Notes under the pieces: generated by a model
What the model was told of the DNA's origin: nothing
Databases searched by the model: none
Seen by the model: only the letters and a program-made list of their open reading frames with translations
Position numbers and translations under genes: made by a program
Shown: positions 12,049-24,699 of the stretch, piece after piece
Position numbering within the stretch: position 1 is the first letter of the stretch
Layout: each line of letters opens with the position of its first letter
From: Mobula hypostoma
Lineage: Eukaryota
DNA length: 64,000 nt
NCBI RefSeq assembly: GCF_963921235.1
Contig: NC_086118.1
Location: 16,184,001 to 16,248,000, forward strand
Reading direction: 5' to 3'

Positions 12049-12906
12049 TGTTACATGCTCAAGATTTGTTTTTTTTTGCGGGAATGATGTAATGGTCTTT
12101 TGAAGGTTACCTGATGTGATTTTCCCGCCGATGCGAGGTCACGTGATGACATGTGCACCATGACTATATAAGGGTTGACCCAGATGACGCAGTAGGTTTT
12201 TTCAGTTTGTAGATTTCCAGGTAGAACGTGCTGTATCTCCGTTTCTGTTGCGTGTTTGTTTTTGTGACGCAGTTTCATTTTTAAAACAGTTTTGGTTCTA
12301 TTGCAAGATACCATACTATGGACTGGAAATTTTTGGCTAGATGTGTTGATTTACTCAATTCCAACAGTAAAAGGGAGAGTGAAGAATTTATCGAAGTGCA
12401 GGATCGAGGGATCGAGAGGAGTCGGCATCGTCTGGCAGTTTAACAAAGGATCGACCTTATTGAGTCTTCGTTGGCAGAGTAGCAATCTGCATCGAGGATT
12501 AAATCTTGCCAAAAAGAGCAAGGAGTTCATGTAACGGTTTGCTCTCTCTAAAAGAATTTAAGGTCAGTTGTTTTAAACTGTTTATTTACCTCCACGTGGA
12601 TTCTGCGGACAGAACCAGCAGAAAAGTTGCGTCCGTGAAGAAATCCTTCTCCAGAGAAGTCTCTCCCCAACTGAACGTATAGATCTGTTGGACTTTCGAA
12701 TTTATCGCTTTAAGAACTGTTTTAGCATTTAACGCTTTAAGAACCAGTGCCGAATGTTGATTTGTTGAACGGCTCCATATTGGTTAACTTCTGGTTAAAG
12801 TTTTCGTTTGTTTTTTTTACCTTATCGTTTATCCTATTTATTAAATGTTTGGTTGTTTTTATATAACCTGTCTCGATTGATATTCATTGCTGCCGTTTAC
12901 GTAACA
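12049..12906 (+). mobile_element. Solo LTR, probably Gypsy-type
   Basis: TGTTAC...GTAACA inverted termini; 4-bp TSD CTGA (12045-12048 / 12907-12910); TATATAA at 12165 and ATTAAA at 12840 give the orientation; CpG-richer than the flanks. Confidence 0.85.
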
Positions 12907-15263
12907 CTGAAGATTGTGGACTTCAATCATTAGCTCTTAACTGTTTCTTTCTCTCCAGAAAAAGGAAAATTCCAAAGAATTGGCTCACTAGGGGACTGAC
13001 TATTAAATGTTATTCTCTTACTGTTTTAATTCACTTGCTTGATAGGTTACAGAGTGCTGCAGCAAATTTCTCAGCGAACTTGTTAAGTTTAAAGGGAGCA
13101 TAGGAGGTAGGGCCCGCTGTGTCAGAAGTATGCGTGGAAATTTGGGACTCAGTAAGTGGAAGGGGAATGCAGGACCCAAGGTCCCCCATGGATCAAAAAT
13201 GAACCCAACAAACATTACCTGTGAACGAGATACTGAACCACCAGGAATTGCGTTTGGTCATATCATGTATTATCAAGAGTTTTACCATACAATCTAAAAT
13301 GTTAGGCATCAGTACTTCTATTCCACACCCATCTTGTAAAGTCTGCAAGCTTGCAGATGATAGCTTTATAAAATGGGTAGTTCAAATCCATGTTACCACT
13401 AAATACATTTCACATGATCACAAAATATTCAAATAAAACGTAATTTCTGAACAACAATATTTTCAGAAATTAAGCTTATTAGCAGCCAATATTGCATGAG
13501 TTTTCCATAGCAAATGTAGGCAGCATGGCTCTAATCCACATTGCTGACATCATCATAGTACACAGCAATTCCTGAAATTTTAATGCTCTGAGCAAAAGCT
13601 ACTTTATCAAAGAGATGCCAATGATGTCACCTCAATACTTGAGTAGTTCAAGATGAAAAAAAATCTTTGTTCACTCATTCAGAAGTTGAATAGAGCGAAT
13701 GATGTCATCTCAGTTTAGGGCTTCTACTGCCTAAACTTAGAACATTACATCAGTTGGTACTGAGCCCACTATAAAGTACTTGGTTCCAAAGCTTAGGTCA
13801 TGTCTACACTTAGTAAATACAAAGCCGATTTAGCTTCAGCAAAGAATAATTCTTCCAACAAAATGAAAATAACACGAGTACCATGCTTATTACATGTAGA
13901 AAAAAACAACAATTAACACACACCATTCAGCTTAGGTTTAAATTTTAAATGAATTATGTTTGATTATATTTGCCTAAAACTCAAAAAATGATAGAAAGTG
14001 TCGATTTCTCATGCAAAATGTATTTCCCCACATGGGTAAAAATTTTAAACAAGCATAACCCAGGACAGATATTTAGTGTCAAACAGGAAGTAGCACATTA
14101 GAAGGGACACATGCCTTTTTTCTGAGCTCACTTGGACTGGGAAAGCTGTATAATGAACACTTAAGTCATTTATTCATTCAGCACAAATGCAAAACCAAAA
14201 ATGACCTCCAAAAGGTTACCAAATTTAGATTGGAAACCAAGGGTCAGCCATTGAACCAAGTCATAGTCTGCATGCTTTAATAATACTATTTACAATACAA
14301 AATATTTCTTCATGAGATCATCAAGACTTTTTTAAAACAGCTACAAATACTCTAGATTAGCTGCATGATCACAAATTTTGTTCATTCCATTCAAAATATG
14401 ACATAATCACCATGCCTGAACACAATAATACTGCACTTGAAGGCACAAAATGTTCTGATTTCATCAAAATGGGAAAAAAGGCCCAAATCCTCTGGGAGCA
14501 TGAAAAATACTAACAGTGCAATTCTACTATTTTAAGATAACAAATTTAAATGCAAAACTTTCTAACATCCAAACCATTTTAAGCAGTAAAAGCACTTCAA
14601 AGAAAACTACCATTTAACAATGTACATAGCCACACGGAATTTCAGCAAATCAAGGAATCAGCATCATAAATCTCACTGAATTAATATTTCCTTGAAGAGC
14701 AATATTAAGAGCAACTATCACACTGCTACCGAGATAACAAAATCTTCAGCAGGAATTCTAGAGATTTACGAACCTGAGAAGCAATCTTGGAGCAATTGTA
14801 TTGTATAACCAGTTTCCGACTGTGCAGTTATGTTCCCTTGTTTGTGACTCCCTCACTAATAAAAACATTTCAATATTTACAGTTTCAAGCTCCATCAATA
14901 AGGTCATTTCTCATTCATTTAAACTCCCAGACTGCAGACCAAACTGTCTAGCTTTTCTTGACAGAATTAGTCTGGTGGTGAATCTCCCTAGAACTGCTTG
15001 TAATGCTACCATATCCTTGTTATCTGTGCAAGGGAACCTCACTGTGCACAGTATTTTAGGTGTGGCCTGATAGATACTCTGTACAAATGCAATAAAATCT
15101 TCCTTTTCTTAGAAACAGTCCAACATACCATTTGCCTTCATAATTTTGGGACTCGTGCACCAGGAACACCTAGAAAATCCTCTGAACTTCATTCATTTGC
15201 AGCCTCTGTCCATTTAGATAACAAATTAACGAAGGGCTGATAAAACACAACTATTTTAGAGAT

Positions 15264-15299
15264 AGTCCTGACGAAGGGTCTCAGCCTGAAACATCGACT
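15264..15299 (+). ncRNA. Minimal type I hammerhead ribozyme-like motif
   Basis: AGUC-CUGACGA-A-GGGU(CUCA)GCCU-GAAA-CA-UC-GACU. Stem I AGUC/GACU and both conserved core boxes are present. The stem III palindrome ACGU is mutated to ACAU. Confidence 0.6.
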
Positions 15300-15362
15300 G
15301 TACTTCTTCCTAGAGATGCTGCCTGGCCTGCTGCGTTCACCAGCAACTTTGATGTGTGTTGT
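15266..15362 (+). mobile_element. 97-bp Penelope-derived mini-element with hammerhead-like core
   Basis: 14-bp TSD TATTTTAGAGATAG (15252-15265 / 15363-15376); similar to the 3' end of the Penelope element at 18222-18322. Confidence 0.85.
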
Positions 15363-16039
15363 TATTTTAGAGATAGACATAGAATCTGAACCTCATCAAA
15401 ACAAAATGCTTGGACGAGTTCAGTCAACAAAACTTCCAATTTCCCCAATTGCTTTTTAACAGGATGTTTTAGAGATTTTTCTCGATTTATGTTATTATAT
15501 GCAGAAGTAGTCACAACCATTGTTTACTGTAGCAAAAAAATCTACATTTCACAACTCCATCAGTATCTTCTGTGGCACAAACTTCTGTATTTAACTTATC
15601 CTGCTTAAATAGCAATTATTAAATTCATAGTTGTAACTGAACTCATTATTTATTGATTCAACTTTGTAGACAACATTAAGCACGCTCCTCCTCAAATGGC
15701 AGGAACAGTCTTTCAAGTACCTTCCCCATGGAATACTCTCACTGCTAAAAGGCAAACAGCAATGAGCAAGCTTAAAGAGAGAACATGCCATGGTATTCAA
15801 ACCACACACAATGCTGACATCAAAATCATTCAACATTTTGATTTTGTACTTATTACTTTAACAATAATAGATATGATCATGCCCAAGATCTTTTTTTCAC
15901 ACCAGTTGGGAGTGCACAACAATGTTCCTACATCGTGTTATTGCAGTTAAAACGATGATAAAATTCAACCATTTGTGACATTCAATTTTAATAGAAATTG
16001 CAATTTATAAATTATTCTGGAAACTTGTGGAGTTTATCT

Positions 16040-16800
16040 CTACACAGACCCCATGGTTGTGTGCTGAGCCCATTGCTGTATACTCTGCTCACACTGTGAA
16101 GCTCGCCGATGACATGACAGTGCTGGCGCTCATTACAGACAACAATGAGGCAGCCTACAGAGAGGAGGTGGAAGAGCCCTGGTGCCAGGCAAATAACCTC
16201 TTCCTCATTGTTAAACAAAACAAGGGAGATGGTTACTGACTTCAGATCTCACACCATTCTTTACATCAGCAGCACAGCAGTGGAAACCATGAGCAGTTTC
16301 AAACTCCTGGGAGTGCACATGTTGCACAACCTCTCATGGTCCCAGAATACATTCTACATCATCAGGAAAGCTCACCAACGCCTCTACTTTTTCAGGAGGC
16401 TGAAAAGAGCTAGAGAATATGCACACCCACGCTGCTCATGGACTGTTCCTTCCACTCCATCCCATTCTACCTAGCATCCATGCCAGGACCAGGAGTCTCA
16501 AAACAGAAACTTTACCAAAAGCAGTAAGGTTGATCAATACCTCCGCCCATTAACACACCCCCCCACACCCCCAACCACCACTACTTCATTATTTCCTGTC
16601 AATCACCTTATGTCCAAACACTCCTGTGCCTAGCGTCACTTTTTGGACACAAAATCTATGTATACAAGCCATTTTATGTATTTGCATTTCTTATTATTGT
16701 GTTTGTTATTGTGTTTTTTTAATGCCGCATCAGATCCAGAATAACATTTGGTTCTCTTTTACATCTGTGTACTGGAAATGACATTAAACAATCTTGAATA
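16040..16800 (+). mobile_element. Rex1/L2-like LINE 3' fragment
   Basis: KLADDMTVLALI and FKLLGVH...KAHQRLYFFRRLKR in ORFs 16027..16239 and 16145..16474; tail ends attaaacaatcttgaa. Boundaries approximate. Confidence 0.75.
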
Positions 16801-16904
16801 GAGACCAGGATAACCTTGTTTGTGATTATCTAAACAGGGAAAACAGGAGTGGGTTACACTGCTCTTAATCATTACAAAGGATCAGTCAAATATACAGTAC
16901 TCCA

Positions 16905-18322
16905 TAATTAACCCATGCTTAGCTTGATTTTTATCAACTTTGCCTCCAACTTCCACTCAGCCCTTAAATTCACTTGGTCTATTTCCGACACCTTCCTTCC
17001 CCTTTCTCGATCTGTCTCCATCCCGAGACAAAGTGTCAACCGCCATCTTTTATAACCATACTGATTCCCACAGTTATCTTGACTATACCTCTTTTCACCC
17101 ATCTCCTGTAAAAATGTTATTCCCTTTTCTCCGTTCCTTCATCTCCACCACATCTGTTCCCAGAATTTGGCTTTCCTTTCTGAGACATCAGAGATTTCCT
17201 CCTTCAAAGAATGGGGCTTCCCTTCCTCCACCATTGATGCTGTCTTCACCTGCATCTCCTCTATTTCCCAAGTATCCACGCTTACTCCATCTTCCTGCAA
17301 TCTTAACACTGACAAAGTTCTTCTCGTCTTTACCTACCAGCCCATGAGCCTCCGAATCCAACACATCCACCATCTCTCAAGGGATCAAACTGCCATGCAT
17401 ATCTTTACCTCCCCCATTCTCCATCTTCTGCAGGGGTCAATTCCTCCATGACTCCCTTGTCCATTCATCCCTCCCCATTAACCTCTTCCCCGGCCAAATG
17501 CCGCACCAGCTCATTTACTTCTTCCGCCACCACAATTCAGGGACCCCAACTGACCTTCCAGATGAAGCAACACTTCACCTACAAATCTGCTGGTGTCATC
17601 TATTGTGTCCAGTGTTCCTCATGTAGCCTCCTTTACACTGGTGAGACCCATCATAAAATGGGGAGGGATAGTTTTGTCAAGTGCCTCTGCTCCATCCACC
17701 AAAAGCAGAACTTCTGGTTGCCAAACATTCTTAAATTCAATTCCCATTCTGACATGTCGGTCCATGGCCTCCTTTTGTGCCACGATGAGGCCATCCTCAG
17801 CATGGAGGAGCAACACCTGGGTATCCTCCAACTGACAGCATGAATATTGATTTCTCCTTCCAGTAAAAAAAATTCTTCCCCCCTCCTCTTCTTCTCTTTC
17901 CTACTGTGGCCCTTACCTCTTCTCACCTGTCTACCACCTCCCCTGGGTCCCCTCCTCTTTCCCCCCTCTCCTATGATCCACTGTCCTCTACTATCAGATT
18001 CCTTCCTGTCCAGTCTTTACCTTTCCTATCCACCTGGCTTCACCTATAACCTACCAGCTGTCCTCTGCCCCCTCGCCACTAGCTGTCACCAATCATCTAC
18101 TAGCTATCCTCCGCCCCCTCGCCACTAGCTATCACCTATCACCTACTCTGCTATCCTCCTACTAGCTATCCTCGGCCCCCTCCCCACACCTTTTCATTCT
18201 GGCATCTTCCCCCTTCCTTTCCAGTCCTGAATAAGAGCCCCGGCTCAAAATGTCAACTGTTTATTTATTTCTACAGCTGCTGCTTGACCTGCTGAGTTCC
18301 TGCAGCATTTTGTGTGTGTTGC
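16905..18322 (+). mobile_element. Penelope-like element, 5'-truncated (RT C-terminus + GIY-YIG endonuclease + 3' repeat)
   Basis: FINFASNFHSALKFTWSIS...LPFLDLS in the RT part; GVIYCVQCSSCSLLYTGET GIY-YIG motif in ORF 17448..17843; pyrimidine-rich 3' region with short tandem repeats at about 18050-18180; decayed hammerhead at about 18222-18260. Confidence 0.88.
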
Positions 18323-19343
18323 AATAAATATCCACAGTCTATTTTAGAATTCTAATCTTCTAAATGAAAACATTTCTCACTTCATTTGTAAGTAGATGAC
18401 CCTTTTAGAGACCATGTTTCGTTTCTCTGCACCCATCAACCTTAAGTACATCTCAGAATCTATACAGGGCTTTTTCACAATAAAGTGTTTGGTTTCCAGG
18501 TATATATCAAGTATCTGGACTCATTTGTACAGGTCACGGTGAAGAATAGTGCGGACTGCGGCAAAATGGAAGATTAGTGATATAGAAAGTTATAAATTTA
18601 AAAAGTATCAGTAGGCCTTTAGATGAGCAAAAAAGCAACATGCATTCAAATGAAATTTCAATAACTAACATTTGCACTTCCCTTCTGCCTTCCCTACCAG
18701 ATTTATTCTGTCCATCATTCATCCATGTCCCCTCTCAAAAAAAATCTAGTTGCATAATACAAAACAGAATGCTAGTAAAACTCACCAAGTCAAGCAGCAT
18801 TTAAGGAGACACAAACTGCAAGATGATGGGTTGAATTCAAGACCACATGTATCAGAACTGAGAAGAAAGAAGGATTGCCGATATAGAAGGGAGGGGTGGG
18901 ATAGAGACTAGGAAGTGATGGGTGGAACCGGGCCAATACAGGAGAAGTAGAACATATGGATAAGGAGGCAATGGAGTACCGTACTTGCCTTTTTTCTGGA
19001 TCAATTCAAGGTCATCAATCATACTAAAATCTAGGCTATACAAATCTTGTCATTACATCATAAGAATGACAGTAATCTAGGGAGTATAAAAAATTATCAA
19101 GATATTTCTGGGCCTGAAGATTTTTGGTTATGAGGAGCGATTGACTGCACTGTTAATTGTTTACTCTGATTATATCTTCCCCTTGCCTCACTGCTTCTGA
19201 AGTATTTCAATTCTTACAGGAAGAATCCAATTCCCTCAGAAATGGGCCTTGTGGTGCTTAAAAACAAAAATACAAGTTTAGCTCAAATTATCAATAAAAG
19301 GCTCTATTGATTAGAAATATCAAAAAACAATATTTTGGCTTAC

Positions 19344-19471
19344 TGCCATGTATGGTCGGCATCCTGCATCCCTCGTTTTGGCAATAGAATCTACTAGTTG
19401 TCCACTAATACCAAAATCACAGAGTTTAATATTGCCATTTCTGTCCATAAGAATATTGGAAGGCTTGATAT
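19344..19471 (-). CDS. MAP2K4: MAP2K4 coding exon (exon 7 equivalent, 128 nt): catalytic loop, DFG, activation loop SIAKT
   Basis: ttttacag|AT ATC AAG CCT ... TAC ATG GCA|gtaagc; DIKPSNILMDRNGNIKLCDFGISGQLVDSIAKTRDAGCRPYMA. Confidence 0.98.
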
Positions 19472-20859
19472 CTGTAAAACAAACATTTTTTTTAGTACAT
19501 TGCAATAATATCACTGTCTTTAATAATATTGCAAGAAGGATACTTGTTAAAAATAGATGAAAATTAAAACAAATCACCGCAGAGCGTACATATACCAATG
19601 AATACTTAATACTGCTCATAACAGCAATACAGAGGGAACTAGTCAGTGAAACTAAGCTCTTCCTATGTTAAATTTACAAATTTACACTAATTTCATACCT
19701 ACTGGCCATTTTCAATTTATGAAGTGTTAAATTGTCTGCTCTAAGGCAAAATAACCATGTTCTCCCTTTTGGCCCATTTAATAATCTGTTATAAATCCAA
19801 GGTGCAAAATAGAGCAGAGCAGTACTATTAATGAAAACACAAAATATAATATTAAGAGTAGATCACATGGCCCCAACCCACCTCATCTATTCAACAAGGT
19901 CAAAGCTAATCCTGCATGTCGTGTCACTTTCCTATCCAATTGATAGATCCCTCATTTTCACTGTATCAAAACATGGATCGGTCTTAACCTTGAAGGTACT
20001 CCACAAGCAAATATCGACAGCCTGCTTTAGAATTCCAGACATTCCGAATCCTCTAAATGAAAAAAATTCTCATTTCAGTGCTAATTGACCCCATAGAGAG
20101 CATGTTTCCTTTCTCTGTATTCTTCATCAAGCATCACCTCAGAAACTAACCTGTTAATTTCTCTTAAAATTCCTTGTCTCCATGATATCTTATCCTTGTA
20201 TGAATTCAGTGTATATGATCATTTTCCTACCAACAACTCGGTGTTGGTACTACTTAGTATTTTCTACTAAGAATCAACCTAGCGGATCAATGTTGTGCCT
20301 TAGATGGAAATCAGATCAAAACTTCACTCACTACTCTAGGTTCAAATTCGAAGACTTAGATGAGTTCACTATGCTTATACTCCATTTGCCCTTGTAATAA
20401 TTTTCTCTACACTATTTGCTTTCAACCTGCACACTGTTGTGGCACCATATTCTATAAACTAGCTCATTTACATTCCTATGATTTCCATACTCTAAGTACA
20501 TTCATCATATTTTTAAAAAGCATTTCCAAAAAAATAAATTTGGCAATTGTAGCATTCTAACTAGAGTTCTTCCAGGGCGGTTGAAAGAAACTTAATTAGG
20601 ACTCCCACATGCCTGGCATCATTCCACAATTAGCATGTGAGCAAGAATGTTTCAGAATACTCAGTCTAACCACGTTGAAAATGGCAGATTTGGCCCAGAA
20701 CCTTCAACACCACTCAGCTCAAAAATCAACTTTTTAAAAACTGTTTTGTTCCTTAAAAGCTGATTTTGCGAGAAATCGTAATTTTAATACTTTCACCAAA
20801 AACTTCAGTCCAAATACCTTCCTCAACTAACAGTCTGAATTATTCAGGAACTAAAGGTT

Positions 20860-22712
20860 GGTAAATCTCCTTGAATGAATCCAATATCCTAGATGTAATG
20901 TGGTGCTTGCAAATAACATATGCATTGTAATAGATCTCCAAGTTCTCTAGATTCTGGAATGATGACTGTGGTTTGCAAGGAAACAAATTCAAGCCAGACA
21001 TTGGCTGCTGGAAAGGTAGTGGAAACCATTAAGGTAATGATGACAGGGCACTTTGAAAATTGTACAATTAGGCAGAATCAGTACACTTATGTAAGGGCAA
21101 TAGCTACAGACAACACTGAGATTTGTAACTAGTCAAGTTAATAAGGGAGTACATCAAATATAATCAGTAATTTCGTAAACATCTGACAAGGTGACATACA
21201 AAATTTAATTTAAAATTTAATGAAGGCACATACAAAGACAGAAAACTGGTTAAAAGGCAGAAACCAGTAAATTTTTAGTTCTAAGTTTTAATACTGAGGA
21301 GCCCAAACACCAACTACTCTGCTGGTAAAGGAACAAAGAAGATTAAGTGAGTCAAGAGACTAACACAGGGGTCTGCAACCTTTTTGCCTCTGTGGGCTGG
21401 ACTGCGTATTATAAGTGAGCGAACGGTGGACCAGATAAATGCCATAAAAAACTTGAAATATGGGAATTATCCATTTAAATACATCTAGTTATGTTTTGCC
21501 TCAAATTAATGAATAACACATGCTGGAAAATCATTTGTGCTTAACCATGGATGCCAATTAGTAATGATAGAACTCAGTTTAGTTTTTCTGTCCGACCATT
21601 GCTGGTGCCCCATCAGTTGTGATGCCAATTAGCTTCAACACATTAAGTTTCATTTCTGACATCATTTTCAGCAAAGCTTCAAAAATGTCTGCTCCAGTAA
21701 CTGTGTCCTTCACAGGAATTAATTGAATAAATTCTTCAAAAATTTGAAAAGTTGAGGTAACTCCTCGCACAAACACTGCAAGTTGAGCAGTGTCTCGCAA
21801 GTCTGTACTCTCATCAAGCACAATTGAAAAAAAATGCAATTCGTTGCAGACATCCCTTAAACAACTTTTAACATGTGCTGACATTTCTTCAACTCGCCGT
21901 GTGATCATTCTTGCTAACAGGCTGATAGATGCAAATAAAGATTTCTTTTCAGGACAAACAATATCCACCACTGTTAGTAAACATTCTTTGACAACCTCTC
22001 CATTTGTAAAAGGCTTCATCTTTTCTGCAATACGTTTGAGACTTCATAGCTGGCACAGGTATTTCCCTCATTTTCACTGCTTTTTCGGCACTCAGCGCCT
22101 ACCTTCCTGCGTTTTGCATTCATTGCCATTCGAATTTTTTTCTTTGATTTTATTTCAAAACACGAGCTATTCAACAAGTATCGTAGAATATGTAAATATC
22201 TGGATATTTAGCATGGATTTCTTGTTAAAACACAGTGACGCTGTTTCTGTTTACAAATTTGAACGATCCCATCTGAAAACCTGCGTGTGCACCGTGACTA
22301 TCTAATATATATTAATAAGGTAGTCTGCCTTCCCATCATTTTTATATACCAGTGTTTGGTTTGGAACAAAACAGAACCTGGGGCCAATGTAACAAGACGC
22401 CATGCATGTCCATCAGTGTTGTCGCGTGAAACACTCAGAATAAGGGGGGAAAAAAATTGCCCGCGGGCCGGGTTGCCTACACCTGGACTAACATATGCAT
22501 GAAGTGGAAAAATGCAAGGTTAATCATTATGGTAGGAAAAAAATAAACTTTAAATAGTAATTAATGGGGGTACTGCCTTAAGAAACACAGAAAGTTAACA
22601 TGGAGGTAAAACAAGCAAATGGAAAAGCGAAATGCATGTTGGAATACCAAAGTGAAGAAATCCTTCTGCAAACATAAAGGCTTCAGGTGAGGCCTCATCT
22701 GGAGCAAATCAA
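20860..22712 (+). repeat. Old CR1 remnant interrupted by the hAT element
   Basis: Decayed CR1 RT-like sequence on both sides of the TSD (aaatctcc...tatcctag; gaaaaatgcaaggttaatcattatggtagg; gtgaggcctcatctggag). Boundaries approximate. Confidence 0.55.
21366..22485 (-). mobile_element. hAT (Charlie/SPIN-like) DNA transposon, internally deleted
   Basis: TIRs CAGGGGTCTGCAACC / GGTTGCCTACACCTG; perfect 8-bp TSD GACTAACA (21358-21365 / 22486-22493); ORF 21579..22019 has FSIVLDESTD, AQLAVFVRGV and ITTDGAPAMVG transposase motifs. Confidence 0.93.
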
Positions 22713-22714
22713 CC

Positions 22715-22990
22715 ATCAAGTACTCATTTACATTAATCTCACAACCCCATTTTTCCTACATTCTGTCAATCAAACAACCCCAGATTCCACTTACATACCA
22801 GGTGCAATTTGCATTGGCCATTCAATTAGTGACCTACATATCTTTGGCTTGGGGAGTAAACCAGAGCACCTGGAGGAAACCCACAAAGTAACAGGGAGAA
22901 TGTCTAGGCTCCTCACAGAAAACAAGCAGGGTCAGGATTGAATGAGGATATCTGGTGCTCTGAGGCAGCAGCTCCAGTAGCTGCACCACA
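22715..22990 (-). mobile_element. tRNA-derived V-SINE-like element
   Basis: Reverse complement contains gtgggtttcctccaggtgctctggtttactcccca, the V-SINE-type core also seen at 28780-28820. Confidence 0.7.
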
Positions 22991-23045
22991 ACTGATGTCT
23001 TAGTAATGCGCATCCTTCTTTGTAAGACATGACCTAAACACTTAC

Positions 23046-23097
23046 CTCGGTGAATTATTTTCAAGTTTTCTTTTAAATAGTTAAGTGCTTTCACAGT
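23046..23097 (-). CDS. MAP2K4: MAP2K4 coding exon (exon 6 equivalent, 52 nt)
   Basis: tttcag|ACT GTG AAA GCA ... CAC CGA G|gtaagt; TVKALNYLKENLKIIHR, leading into the HRD motif. Confidence 0.98.
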
Positions 23098-23689
23098 CTG
23101 AAAGAAAGCAAATGAATATCAGAAGAAAGCAAAGGAATGTGAAAGGTTGTTGGAAAACATTAACACTAATCACATTCACAATTAACAAATATCCCACAAT
23201 ACAAGAGATTACATTTCCTTTTTGAGATTTCTGCACTGTCTGGTTCTGGTCTCCCTCACTCCAATGATTTAATTACTCCATCAACTCAGTGTAGTTTCAG
23301 AATTTTCGATCCTAGTCCCACTTTCTATCTTTTTCCCTCTCTTCAAGAGACTCCTCAAAAACCAAAGAGAAGACATTTTTATCACTTGTTAACTTGACAG
23401 TATTTTTTAAATTTCTATTTCTAAAATCATACCTCATGAAGCAGTTTGCTGCTAAAAATGCTAAATGCAAATTGCTATTTTACCAGCAAAATATACAATA
23501 GATTTCTTTTTCTTAAATTCATATACAGGGAAGCAAACTGGTTTCTGGCAAACTAAGGTGCAGGTTGACATTGAATCAGAAATAAATCAACACATTTACT
23601 AACTGTTGAAGTTTTGCATTCCATTATGGAACAATAATTGCAGCAATTATACTTATAACTTCTTTAAAACTAAAAACCAAGTTACTTAC

Positions 23690-23809
23690 AGCTAATGTGA
23701 TTTTGCCTAAAATTTCCTCTGGGATAACATCATCTAATGCACCATATACATATTTGTAGAATTTGTCAAATGAGGTAGACATGAGCTCCATACATATCCA
23801 ACAATCACC
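23690..23809 (-). CDS. MAP2K4: MAP2K4 coding exon (exon 5 equivalent, 120 nt)
   Basis: tttacag|GGT GAT TGT TGG ... ACA TTA GCT|gtaagt; GDCWICMELMSTSFDKFYKYVYGALDDVIPEEILGKITLA. Confidence 0.98.
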
Positions 23810-24044
23810 CTGTAAAGAAAGTTAATAATCAGATTTGATCTTCTGAAAACTGACCATTTGGCACAGAAACTTTTTTTTTGGGGTTTGGGTATTGACTGAG
23901 TTAAAATGCACACCTTCACATTTGCACAAGATAGAGTATGTACTATTGCAATGTTGGAACATGTCTTTAAAAAGAAACCACAGCACAAACAGCATTTTAC
24001 GATAATGCAATTTGTCTTCAGCGAGTTTACACATCTTCAGAATA

Positions 24045-24666
24045 CGAGGGTGATTGATAAGTTCGTGGCCTAAGGTAGAAGTAGTCAATTTTAGAAAACC
24101 TAGCACATTTATTTTTCCTATGTTTACACACTTAGTCCAGCGGTCATGGAGCATACGGATCCCTTCTTTGTAGAAGTTCGCGTCTTAGACCTCCAGAAAG
24201 TGGTCCACAGCAGGGGTGATTGATATGTTCGTGGCCTAAGGTAGAAGGAGATAAGTTATTTACTTCAAACTTACTGCATTTTTACTCAAGAGTTGAACGG
24301 CATGTGCATGTAACAAGAGCTGTACAACTCATCTCCTTCTACCTTAGGCCACGAACTTACTTATCACCCCTGCTGTGGACCACCTGGAGGTCCAAGACGC
24401 TCTCGTTACATGCACGTGCAGTTCAACTCTTTGAGTGATAATGCAGGAAGTTTGAAGTTAATAACTCATCTTCTTCTACCTTGGGTCACGAACTTATCAA
24501 TCACCGTTGTTATGGACCACTTCTACAAAGAAGGGATCTGTATGCTTCACCACCGCTGGACTAAGTGTGTACATGTAGGAGGGGACTATGTTGAAAAATA
24601 AATGTGCTAGGTTTTCTAAAATTGACTCCTTTTACTTTAGGCCACAGACTTATCAATCACCCTTTG
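24045..24666. mobile_element. Mariner-derived foldback MITE
   Basis: TA flanks (24043-44, 24667-68); TIR CGAGGGTGATTGATAAG; both arms carry the mariner transposase C-terminus (FYKEGICMLHHRWTKCVHVGGDYVEK*, ORF 24410..24601, and its mirror in ORF 23822..24154). Confidence 0.9.
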
Positions 24667-24699
24667 TATAATCATCAACTAGTTCAAAAAAGCAAACAC

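Noticed and set aside
18050..18180. CRISPR-like or functional tandem array
   Set aside because: Short degenerate ctagctatc-type duplications inside the Penelope 3' region of a eukaryotic intron; no unique spacers.
1..19343. MAP2K4 exon 8 (PERIDPSASRQGYDVRSDVWSLGITL)
   Set aside because: Scanned by eye and not found; it presumably lies beyond the window start, so intron 7 is longer than 19 kb.
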